From: an uncultured Acidobacteriota bacterium
Lineage (GTDB): Bacteria > Acidobacteriota > Vicinamibacteria > Vicinamibacterales > 2-12-FULL-66-21
DNA length: 64,000 nucleotides
Assembly (NCBI GenBank): GCA_963749835.1
Contig: CAVVOD010000003.1
Span: 976,721-1,040,720, forward strand
Reading direction: 5' to 3'
Shown: piece after piece, positions 16,475 through 24,396 of the stretch
Numbering within the stretch: the stretch's first letter is position 1
How the letters are laid out: every line of letters starts with the position of its first letter
Translations under genes and position numbers: made by a program
Notes under the pieces: generated by a model
Database searches by the model: none
What the model was told of the DNA's origin: nothing
The model's input: the letters and a program-made list of their open reading frames with translations, nothing else

Positions 16475-19120
16475 TCAGCGGAAGTTTTGAATCAGCACGA
16501 GATCGGCACCGGCGCCCGGGGCTCTCCCGCTGTACAGGATGGTCTTGCCATCCGCCGACACGCTCAGCCCCTGGCTGGTTCGGGCCTGGAACCTGCTCAG
16601 CACTTTGCTCTTCCCCGTCGCAAAGCTCAGGAACTTCAACTCCAGCAGGTTGAAGCGCCGGCTCTCGACCAGTGCGATGTAGTAGATCCCGTCCTTCGCC
16701 GGGAAGAAGTCCCATCGAAAGATCGAGTCCAGAACCTTGCGCTCCTGGCCGCCGCCGACCGGCCGCGCGAAGACACCCGACGAGACGCCTTCCGGACCAT
16801 TGCCATCGTGCCGGCTGTAGTACAACGTCTGTTCGTCCCACGACTCCCAGGCGGACGCCCCTCCGGTGGTCGTCATCTGCACCGCATCACCGCCGCCGGC
16901 CGGCATTCGCCAGATCTCGCTCCTGCCGCTTCTGGATGACCGGAAATAGATCCATTTCCCGTCCCGCGACCAGCTCGCGAAGTGTTCGAACGCCGCAAGC
17001 GTCGTCAAACGCCGGGGCTGGCCGCCTGCCGCATCGACGACGTAGATGTCGTAGTTGCCGTCTTCCGCCTGTGCGTCGAACGCGATCCAGCGTCCATCGG
17101 GCGACCAGCGCGGGCTGCCCTGCCCTCGACCCGTCGGCTGCGTGAGGCGCATGGCGCGCGTGCCATCGAGAGCCGCTACCCAGATCTCGGCGCCGCGGCC
17201 GGAGCGCGTCGTGACGAATGCCGCCTTCGTGCCGTCGGGCGACAGCTGCGGATCGAAGTCCGTCGTGGTCGACGACAGGATGCTCACGGGCCCGAGGCCT
17301 GGTTCCAGCTTCCAGATGTCGACGTCACCGCCGCCGCGGCTGAACGCGAGCGCGCCCCCGGCTCGAGAGATGGCCGGATACTCCGCGACCGCCGCCAGTT
17401 CGACGCGCTCCGGCTCACCGCCGGATATGGCCACACGCCACAGATGGGCGCCACCCCCGAAGAGGGCTCCATAGACCAGCGACCGCTCGTCGGGCGTCCA
17501 TGCAATCCCCTGCACCGTGGACGCCAGGCGCGTGAGCTGACGACTCTCCCCGGCCGGCTTGAAGTCTGCGCCAAGGTCCACGACGTGCACATCGCAGGTG
17601 TAGGCGAAGGGGCAAAGCGCGTAGGCGAGCCTCTTTCCACTGGGCGAAATGGCAGGGAAACTGTAGGCACCGGCAGAACCCGAATTCGACATCACCTTCA
17701 GCTGATCCCCGCCCTCGACGGGGACCAGGGAAACGCTCGAACCCTCCGCCCCCTGCACGGCCAGCGCGAGCCATTTGCCGTCAGGCGTCCACGACACGCT
17801 CATCCGGCCGATGTGCGTGCCCATCGACCGAAAATCCGCGAGCTTCTGCTCTGATCCAGGCACCGGAGGTGTCAGATAGATCGCGGTTCCACCCGCCTGA
17901 CGGCGCACGAAGGCGATACGGAGGCCATCCGGGGACCATGCCGGGACGCTGTCCTCGGCGGGATCCGTCGTCAGCCGGAGCGGCGTATCAGCCCCCAGGT
18001 GCTTGATGTAGATGTCGTAGTTCTCTTCACTGGCGCCGTTCCAGGAGAACGCCACCTGGCTGCCGTCTGGCGACATGCTGGGGTAGCGCTCGTCACCGGG
18101 GTACGACGTGAGGAGGCCCACTGTTGGCGGCGGCAGCGGCACGGCCGGCTTTGCCAGAAACCACCACGCACCGCCCGCACCGAGTATCACGATGGCCGCG
18201 GCGACCGGGATGAGCCATCTGGGCGTCGAGGACCCGCGTCTCGGCGCCGGCGCAACGAGAGTGCTGCCGTGGATTCTGATCTCTTCCAGCTCCACGACGA
18301 GGTCCGTCATGACCTGAAACCGTCGTGCCGGATCCTTCCGGAGACACCGCAGAATGATCCGCTCGAAATCTCCCGGCAGGTCCCTCGACAGCTCGGACGG
18401 AGGCCTCGGTTCGCCGCTCAGCACGGCGGCCAGTGTCGAGACCGTCGAACTGCCTGCGAACGCCCGCACTCCGGTGACCATCTCGTAGAGGACGGTGCCG
18501 AAGCTGAAGATGTCGGACCGGCCGTCCACCGTCTGTCCCGCGGCCTGCTCCGGGGACATGTAGGCCACGGTCCCGACGATGCTCCCTTCCGCGGTTCGCG
18601 GACCGTCCGCGGTGACGGTGCGTGTTGCGCCAGCCTCTCCCTCGCTCGTCTGGACCAGTTTCGCCACGCCGAAATCGAGAATCTTCACGGCGCCGTCTTC
18701 GGTCACCATGATGTTGGACGGCTTGATGTCGCGGTGCACGATGCCGGCCGCGTGGGCCTTTGCCAGCGCCGCCGCCGCTTGGATCGCATAGCCCAGCGCC
18801 GTGGCCGGACGGATGCCCGATCCTCGGACCAGTTGCTCGAGCGTGTGCCCCTCGACGTACTCCATCGCGATGAAGTCCGTCCCGTCCTCACTGCTGATGC
18901 CGTAGATCGTGACGATGCCGGGATGATTGAGCGCGGAGGCGGCCTTGGCCTCCTGGACAAAGCGCCGCTTGCGGTCGAGGTCGGACGTCCTCTCAGCGTT
19001 GAGGACCTTGATCGCGGCGAAGCGATCGAGCTGGGTGTCGCGCGCCTTGTAGACGACACCCATCCCGCCTTCGCCAATTTTGGTCAGGATTTCGTAGTGC
19101 GAGAGTCGGCGCCCGATCAC
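16475..19120 (-). CDS. Ser/Thr protein kinase with transmembrane segment and C-terminal TolB-like beta-propeller repeats
   Basis: 881-aa ORF. Kinase motifs GEGGMGVVYKA, HRDIKPSNIMV, DFG, SPEQ. TM helix WLIPVAAAIVILGAGGAWWFL. Repeated SPDG..(L/I)AF/W.PDG motifs typical of TolB/WD40-like propellers. Confidence 0.9.
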   Translation of the reverse strand: MIGRRLSHYEILTKIGEGGMGVVYKARDTQLDRFAAIKVLNAERTSDLDRKRRFVQEAKAASALNHPGIVTIYGISSEDGTDFIAMEYVEGHTLEQLVRGSGIRPATALGYAIQAAAALAKAHAAGIVHRDIKPSNIMVTEDGAVKILDFGVAKLVQTSEGEAGATRTVTADGPRTAEGSIVGTVAYMSPEQAAGQTVDGRSDIFSFGTVLYEMVTGVRAFAGSSTVSTLAAVLSGEPRPPSELSRDLPGDFERIILRCLRKDPARRFQVMTDLVVELEEIRIHGSTLVAPAPRRGSSTPRWLIPVAAAIVILGAGGAWWFLAKPAVPLPPPTVGLLTSYPGDERYPSMSPDGSQVAFSWNGASEENYDIYIKHLGADTPLRLTTDPAEDSVPAWSPDGLRIAFVRRQAGGTAIYLTPPVPGSEQKLADFRSMGTHIGRMSVSWTPDGKWLALAVQGAEGSSVSLVPVEGGDQLKVMSNSGSAGAYSFPAISPSGKRLAYALCPFAYTCDVHVVDLGADFKPAGESRQLTRLASTVQGIAWTPDERSLVYGALFGGGAHLWRVAISGGEPERVELAAVAEYPAISRAGGALAFSRGGGDVDIWKLEPGLGPVSILSSTTTDFDPQLSPDGTKAAFVTTRSGRGAEIWVAALDGTRAMRLTQPTGRGQGSPRWSPDGRWIAFDAQAEDGNYDIYVVDAAGGQPRRLTTLAAFEHFASWSRDGKWIYFRSSRSGRSEIWRMPAGGGDAVQMTTTGGASAWESWDEQTLYYSRHDGNGPEGVSSGVFARPVGGGQERKVLDSIFRWDFFPAKDGIYYIALVESRRFNLLELKFLSFATGKSKVLSRFQARTSQGLSVSADGKTILYSGRAPGAGADLVLIQNFR

Positions 19121-19160
19121 GGATGCGCGGAGTATACACGGGAGCTGCCGATTTCCTGGC

Positions 19161-19754
19161 CTACTGGGGCGCCAGCGAAATCTTGACGTTCTTCACGCCC
19201 GCGCCGTCCTGCATGAAGCGGGCGCAGCCCTGCCAGTTGTTCTTCTCGTTGATCACCTTGAGCACCAGGACGTTCTGGCCTTTCGCCAGCGTGACATCGG
19301 CGCTGTCCGTATCCTTCTCGAGGGTGCGCGTCTCGGAAAATTTGATGACCGGCGTGCCGTTGAGCCATGCCTTGCCCTGGTCGTTCGAGCCGATCGAGAG
19401 CTTGACCTTCATGTCCGCGTCGGCGATGACATACGCGACGGCGTAGCCGGCCGCATCCTCTCCCCGTTCCGTCCCGAAGGACTTGAGGAAGTCGATGGAG
19501 AAGTCCTCGGTCTGGTGCGCCTTCCAGGTCATCTCCTTGCCGTTGACCGTCACCCGCTCACCGGCCTTCGGCTTGATGGCCGCTTCGCCTTTGAGCTGGT
19601 CGATGTCGATCTCGGAAGCCCCCGAGTCCTCCTGCACGGCAATGGGAGCCAGGACCAGCCAGTTGCGGATGAACCCGTCGGCGTCGGGGCTGAACGTGTC
19701 CTGGGCGGGGAGAAGGATCGCGCCGAGGACGGCCACGATGAGGGATGCTTTCAT
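19161..19754 (-). CDS. Secreted beta-sandwich (galactose-binding-like) protein of unknown function
   Basis: 197-aa ORF with signal peptide MKASLIVAVLGAILLPAQ. Pattern AYAVAYVIADADMKVKLSIGSNDQGKAWLNG...LAKGQNVLVLKVINEKNNWQGCARF resembles jelly-roll accessory domains. Confidence 0.6.
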   Translation of the reverse strand: MKASLIVAVLGAILLPAQDTFSPDADGFIRNWLVLAPIAVQEDSGASEIDIDQLKGEAAIKPKAGERVTVNGKEMTWKAHQTEDFSIDFLKSFGTERGEDAAGYAVAYVIADADMKVKLSIGSNDQGKAWLNGTPVIKFSETRTLEKDTDSADVTLAKGQNVLVLKVINEKNNWQGCARFMQDGAGVKNVKISLAPQ

Positions 19755-19818
19755 GGGATCTCCTTCAGAACACTGACGATTTCCGCAGCCGGCTCATCCA
19801 TGGGCCCGGGACTGGGCC

Positions 19819-20217
19819 TCAGGAAGGAATGCGCGTTATGGGCCGAAGCAGCCGCTCGGTGATCCTGACCAGATCTTCGAGCCATAGCGGCTTGAAACAT
19901 AACATGGCATCGAGCGCGCGGATCTCGCGCAGAAGATCCCCGTCGATAATGTAGTCTTCGGTGATGATGGCGACCGGTGTATGGCGATCGGGCTCCTGCC
20001 CGCGGAGCCGCCGCAGGAAGCCAATGCCGTCCAGGAGTGGCATCCGCAAATCGAGAAGCACCGCATCAGGGTGGGTCGTGGCCACCACGAGGAGGCCGGC
20101 CTCGGCATCCGGCGCGGTCGACACCCCGTAGCCTTCGAGCCGCAGCATTCTGGCGAACGTGCGGCTCACGCTCGCATCGTCATCGATGATCAGGACGGTA
20201 CCGCGTGTTCCACACAT
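19819..20217 (-). CDS. Stand-alone response-regulator receiver protein
   Basis: Internal ATG at 20217 gives MCGTRGTVLIIDDDASVSRTFARMLRLEGYGV...DAVLLDLRMPLLDGIGFLRRLR (DD, phospho-acceptor D, K region). The longer 186-aa ORF extension has no receiver similarity. Confidence 0.8.
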   Translation of the reverse strand: MCGTRGTVLIIDDDASVSRTFARMLRLEGYGVSTAPDAEAGLLVVATTHPDAVLLDLRMPLLDGIGFLRRLRGQEPDRHTPVAIITEDYIIDGDLLREIRALDAMLCFKPLWLEDLVRITERLLRPITRIPS

Positions 20218-20336
20218 GTCGCACCGTCGAACCTCACGCCGGCCTGAATCGACCCTGCGGACACACGCCCTGCCGACCGTGACACTTTCCTCCTCAGAGC
20301 GTCGGTACAACGCTGGACCAAGAACGACAGACCGGA

Positions 20337-20693
20337 TCACCGAACGACGGCGTGGCCGGGCGCGCCATAGCACTCGCACGCTTCCTCGACGAGCGCGGAC
20401 CGCTTCAGCACGTCGACGCGGCCACGCAGGTACGCGATGGCGCCCCGTGTCCGGAGCTGGTGCAAAGCAATCGTCACGGCGTGCCGCGGACCGCCGACCA
20501 TCTGCGCGAGCGCTTCATGCGTGACGGGAAGCGAACGCAGCTGCGCCTTGTCCGTCGCGATCAGCAGCCATCTCGCCAGGCGTTGACGATGTGAATGGAC
20601 TCGATTGCAGCCTGGGGACGTGGTGAGCTCGCCCACCCGGCCGCCGACGTACGCCAGCGCGATCCGCCGGAGATCTTCGGAGTCCCTGAACAC
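20337..20693 (-). CDS. Crp/Fnr-family regulator, C-terminal half only (possible truncated remnant)
   Basis: 118-aa ORF. CNRVHSHRQRLARWLLIATDK...LPVTHEALAQMVGGPRHAVTIALHQLRTRGAIAYLRGRVDVLKRSALVEEACECY matches the HTH and ACECY tail of a Crp subfamily. An in-frame stop lies 7 codons upstream of the GTG. No intact cNMP-binding domain in any frame up to ~20990. Confidence 0.55.
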   Translation of the reverse strand: MFRDSEDLRRIALAYVGGRVGELTTSPGCNRVHSHRQRLARWLLIATDKAQLRSLPVTHEALAQMVGGPRHAVTIALHQLRTRGAIAYLRGRVDVLKRSALVEEACECYGAPGHAVVR

Positions 20694-21075
20694 GCGGAGA
20701 AACCGCGTGTCGGGTCACATCGGGCAGACCGGAGAGTGCCGGATGACGCGGCCGGCCGTCAGTACACCGCTGTACCTGACAAGCGGGACCGGCTGCACGT
20801 CCGGCGAGCGCTTTCACCCGGGAACTGTGTGACGCACCGGCACCCCGCGTCGGCATCTGACGAGACGGTCTGCGCGGCCGACTGCTCCTCGACCGGCAGA
20901 ATTGTTTCACCAGGATTGATTACACCCGCCAGTGACGCCCGGGACTATCCGCAGGACCGTGGAATTCGCGCGGGGAGACTACTTAAGTCCGGCTAGGTAA
21001 TCCACCTCATCGTTCTAATCCTCGTGCCTTCGCATTCCGGCGGGTGTAACGTGAAACAGCCGTTCCTGTCGAGGG

Positions 21076-21627
21076 ATGAGCATGAAGGCAGAATCCGCTC
21101 TCGAATCGCCGGATCCCGGCACCCTGCTCGGTGGGGAACGCAGAGTCCTCGAGCTCATCGCGACCGGGGCGCCGCTGGAAACCGTCCTGGACGCGCTGTG
21201 CCGGGTGATCGACGAACAGTCGGGCCTGCAGTCATCAATCTTTCTGCTGCGCAACGTGCTGCAAGCCGGCGCCCGGGGGTACATCCTGAAGTCTGACGCC
21301 GACGAGAGTCTGATTGCCGGCATCGAGAGCCTGCGGCAGCACACACCGTTTCTGACGCCGAAGGTCACCGAGTTCGTCCTCGACGACTATCTCCGTCGCG
21401 CGGATGAACAGGGTGACGAAGCGCCTCACACGCCGTTGACGGCGCGGGAGCGGGAGATCATTCAGTTGCTGGCCGAAGGGAGGAGCAACAAGGAGGCCGC
21501 GGCGGTCCTGGGCATCAGCGTCAAGACGATTGAGGCCCATCGCGCCAACCTGATGCGGAAGTTACGCCTCCGTTCGCTCAGCGATCTCATTCGGTATGCC
21601 ATCCGCAACAAGATCGTCCAGGTCTAG
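21076..21627 (+). CDS. LuxR/NarL-type HTH protein with chimeric, incomplete N-terminus
   Basis: 183-aa ORF. C-terminal LTAREREIIQLLAEGRSNKEAAAVLGISVKTIEAHRANLMRKL is a LuxR HTH. The N-terminus starts like a GAF domain (ERRVLELIATGAPLETVLDALCRVIDEQSGLQSSIFLL). It then jumps to the end of a receiver domain (LQAGARGYILKSDADESLIAGI). Confidence 0.75.
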   Translation: MSMKAESALESPDPGTLLGGERRVLELIATGAPLETVLDALCRVIDEQSGLQSSIFLLRNVLQAGARGYILKSDADESLIAGIESLRQHTPFLTPKVTEFVLDDYLRRADEQGDEAPHTPLTAREREIIQLLAEGRSNKEAAAVLGISVKTIEAHRANLMRKLRLRSLSDLIRYAIRNKIVQV

Positions 21628-21671
21628 TGTACGCGCGCTACTCGTCAGAGACGACGGCCACGGCCTCACTG

Positions 21672-23114
21672 TCATTCGCCGTCCTTCGTCAGGATTTTAA
21701 TCAGCTCGTACAGGAACGCCTGCCCTTCGTAGAACGCCTGGACGCCCATCCGTTCGTCCCGTCCATGGAAGCGGATATCGTCCCGATCGAAAAAGAATCC
21801 CTGCACGCCGTAGGTGGGAATCCCCGCCGCGCGCAGGTACGCGCCGTCCGTGGCTCCCATCACCATGATCGGCACAGCGGGCACGCCCGGCCAGAGCCTG
21901 TCCGTCACCCGGCTGACAGCCTGCATCACGTCCGGCCGCATCGACGAGGCCGGCCCCTTCGTCCGTGCACCCATCGGGATGAAGCTGACCTGGTCGTCCG
22001 CGACCACCTTCTTGAGCGTGCTGAGCACGTCCTCTGCGGAGTCCTCCGGCAACACGCGGCAATTCACCGTCGCAGCCGCCAGTTGCGGCAGCGCGTTCAC
22101 GGCATGGCCGGCCTCCAGCTGCGTCGCCACGCATGTCGTCCGGAGCGTCGCGTTCCAGGCGGGTGATGCCGCCGCCACCCGGCGCATCGCGTCCTGCGAT
22201 CCTTCACCCACCTTTGCGAGATCGCTCTTGATCGCCTGCGTTTCAATCTTCGCCATTTCGCTGAAGTACTTCGCCGTCACCTCGTTCGTCTTCAGCGGAA
22301 ACGTGAACTTCGACAACCGTTCCAGTGCGCCGGCCAGATGATAGATGGCGTTGTCCGCAACCGGCATCGAGCTGTGCCCGCCCTTGTTCCGTACTTCCAG
22401 GCGGAAATTGACGACGAACTTTTCGCTCACCTGCACGCCGTTCGTGAGCTTTCTCCCTCCCACCTCTTCGCCCCAGCCTCCCTCGTTCAGTGAGAGCTCG
22501 GCATCGATCAGGTCCCGGTGGTTCTTCAGCAGCCAGACCACGCCGTTGTACGGACCGCCGCCTTCTTCATCCGCGGTCAGCGCCACGATGATGTCGCGGT
22601 CCGGCTTGAATCCCTCGCGCTTGTACTGGATCAGGTTCGCGATCCACACCGACGCCTGCGCCTTGTCATCGCCGGTCCCGCGCCCGTAAAAGAAGCCATC
22701 CTTCTCGACAAATTGAAACGGATCGGTGGTCCAGTCTTCCCGTTTTGCTTCGACGACGTCCGTGTGGGCGAGCAACAGAATCGGTTTCTTCGCTCCCGTG
22801 CCGCGATAGCGAACCACGAGATTGGCCTTCTTCGGGTGCGCGCCGCCGATGAAAATGTCGGACTCGGGGAATCCCGCCGCCCTCAACCGTGCTGCCGCGG
22901 CATCCGCGACCGGAGTCGTCGCCCCCGTCGTGTACCCCGACTGGACCTCGACGAACTCCTTGTAGATCTCCCGCGCCAGCTTCTTCTCGTCCTCCGGCCG
23001 CGTCGTCTGCGCCGTCGTGGTCTTTGGCCCTCCCGAAGACGTCTGCCCGACAACCGGCGCCACACACATCCACGACAGAGCCAGGGCTCCGCACACCCGC
23101 CATCCTTTAATCAT
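21672..23114 (-). CDS. Secreted M20-family metallopeptidase
   Basis: 480-aa ORF with signal peptide. Motifs LLLAHTDVVEAKREDWTTDPF, GRGTGDDKAQ, ADEEGGG, NEGG are typical M20/M28 metal ligand contexts. Confidence 0.85.
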   Translation of the reverse strand: MIKGWRVCGALALSWMCVAPVVGQTSSGGPKTTTAQTTRPEDEKKLAREIYKEFVEVQSGYTTGATTPVADAAAARLRAAGFPESDIFIGGAHPKKANLVVRYRGTGAKKPILLLAHTDVVEAKREDWTTDPFQFVEKDGFFYGRGTGDDKAQASVWIANLIQYKREGFKPDRDIIVALTADEEGGGPYNGVVWLLKNHRDLIDAELSLNEGGWGEEVGGRKLTNGVQVSEKFVVNFRLEVRNKGGHSSMPVADNAIYHLAGALERLSKFTFPLKTNEVTAKYFSEMAKIETQAIKSDLAKVGEGSQDAMRRVAAASPAWNATLRTTCVATQLEAGHAVNALPQLAAATVNCRVLPEDSAEDVLSTLKKVVADDQVSFIPMGARTKGPASSMRPDVMQAVSRVTDRLWPGVPAVPIMVMGATDGAYLRAAGIPTYGVQGFFFDRDDIRFHGRDERMGVQAFYEGQAFLYELIKILTKDGE

Positions 23115-23177
23115 GCGGGGATACTTTCATGGCCGTGGTATTCGCGCAAGGACCGCGTCAGCGCCGGATCGAGCCAC

Positions 23178-24221
23178 TCACGGTGGCGGCCGCAAGGCTC
23201 TTGCAAGCGCGGCAAGTCCTTCCTCTCTCGACGTCTCCCCGCGGACCACAGGGAGCCAGTACCGACGCACGGCCGGCACCAGGTGGCCCCATCCATCGAG
23301 ACTCTCGAAGCCTTCCCTGATCCAGTAGGGTGTGTACTCCGGGCGCTGTTCGGAGGCCACCGTCGAACGGACGAACTCACCCGCCGTCGCAAAAATCAGG
23401 GCGTGCCACAGGTTGGCCGGCGGCTCGACGCCTGCAGCCCCGAAGACGCGAGCGATGGCGGGCCGGTTCGATCCGCCGATCGCGCCCGCGTGCTGAATTT
23501 CATGAAGGATGGTCTCGAGCGCATAGAGACCCTGGTTGCCGGCGTCCGTGGAATAGATGACGACCTGACCCTCGTACGTGGTGTAGCCGGCGGCAAAGTT
23601 GGCGTACGCCGACACATCGACCCGCCATCGATCCTTGGGCCACTCGGCGCCATAGACGCGAACGGTCGTCTCGACGTATTGCTTCTCGCAGGTTCGCAAC
23701 GGCGCCAGCACGCGTTCGATCCACCCGCGGTTCTCCGTGTCATGCTGCGGCCACCACCTGTCCCGATAGATGGGCATGGCAGTGCTGAGGGCTGCAGCAA
23801 CCCCCTGTATTCGATCCGGTGGACGCGCCCGCGGATCGCCTCCGAGCATCATCAACTGTTCTTTCAGCTGCAGCATATCGTCGTCGAAGAGACCCTTCGA
23901 CGCGACGATGTCACGGTAGAAGCCTGCCGACGTCAACCAGGCGGTGCGCTCCTCGTCAGACAGCCCGACGAGCGACGAGCGCTCCGGGACCGTCACCTTC
24001 CGGCGACCGCTCGAAAGTCCCGCGTCCTGACGAGCCCATTGGTAGAGAAAATGGTGCAGGTTCACCCAGGGATCGGAGTGCAGCTCGAAGCGGTCGCTTG
24101 TCGCGACGAGAGTGGTCGTCTCACGACGCGGCGGTGCCGATTCGACCTGGCCAGCGGTCACCGCGGGGGGTCCCGGGAGCAGCGCGAATGCCGCGATGGC
24201 GATGAACAGACGTGATCGCAT
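23178..24221 (-). CDS. Secreted hypothetical protein with HExxH motif (putative zinc metallohydrolase-like)
   Basis: ATG at 24221 gives MRSRLFIAIAAFALLPGPPAVTAG. HEIQH is present at ETILHEIQHAG. The 494-aa ORF-track extension overlaps the repeat array and the NHL gene end and is not credible. Confidence 0.65.
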   Translation of the reverse strand: MRSRLFIAIAAFALLPGPPAVTAGQVESAPPRRETTTLVATSDRFELHSDPWVNLHHFLYQWARQDAGLSSGRRKVTVPERSSLVGLSDEERTAWLTSAGFYRDIVASKGLFDDDMLQLKEQLMMLGGDPRARPPDRIQGVAAALSTAMPIYRDRWWPQHDTENRGWIERVLAPLRTCEKQYVETTVRVYGAEWPKDRWRVDVSAYANFAAGYTTYEGQVVIYSTDAGNQGLYALETILHEIQHAGAIGGSNRPAIARVFGAAGVEPPANLWHALIFATAGEFVRSTVASEQRPEYTPYWIREGFESLDGWGHLVPAVRRYWLPVVRGETSREEGLAALARALRPPP

Positions 24222-24237
24222 ATCGGGACACCGCCAA

Positions 24238-24378
24238 ACTCGGGATTCGGGGCTCGGGATTCGGGGCTCGGGATTCGGGGTTCGGGATTCGGGATTCGGC
24301 GTCCCCGGATCCCGGTTCAGGGCGGTCCGCAGTGCCGAGTCCCGAACCGCGAGCCCCGAGTCCCGAGTCCCGATCCCC
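24238..24378. repeat. Inverted pair of heptanucleotide arrays (CGGGATT/CGGGGCT)n ... (GAGTCCC/GAGCCCC)n, able to form a long imperfect hairpin
   Basis: Left arm is cgggatt cggggct cgggatt cggggct cgggatt cggggtt cgggatt cgggatt. Right arm is gagtccc gaaccgc gagcccc gagtccc gagtccc gatcccc. Lies between two same-strand genes. Confidence 0.9.
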
Positions 24379-24396
24379 ACTCTGACGCGGTTGTGT

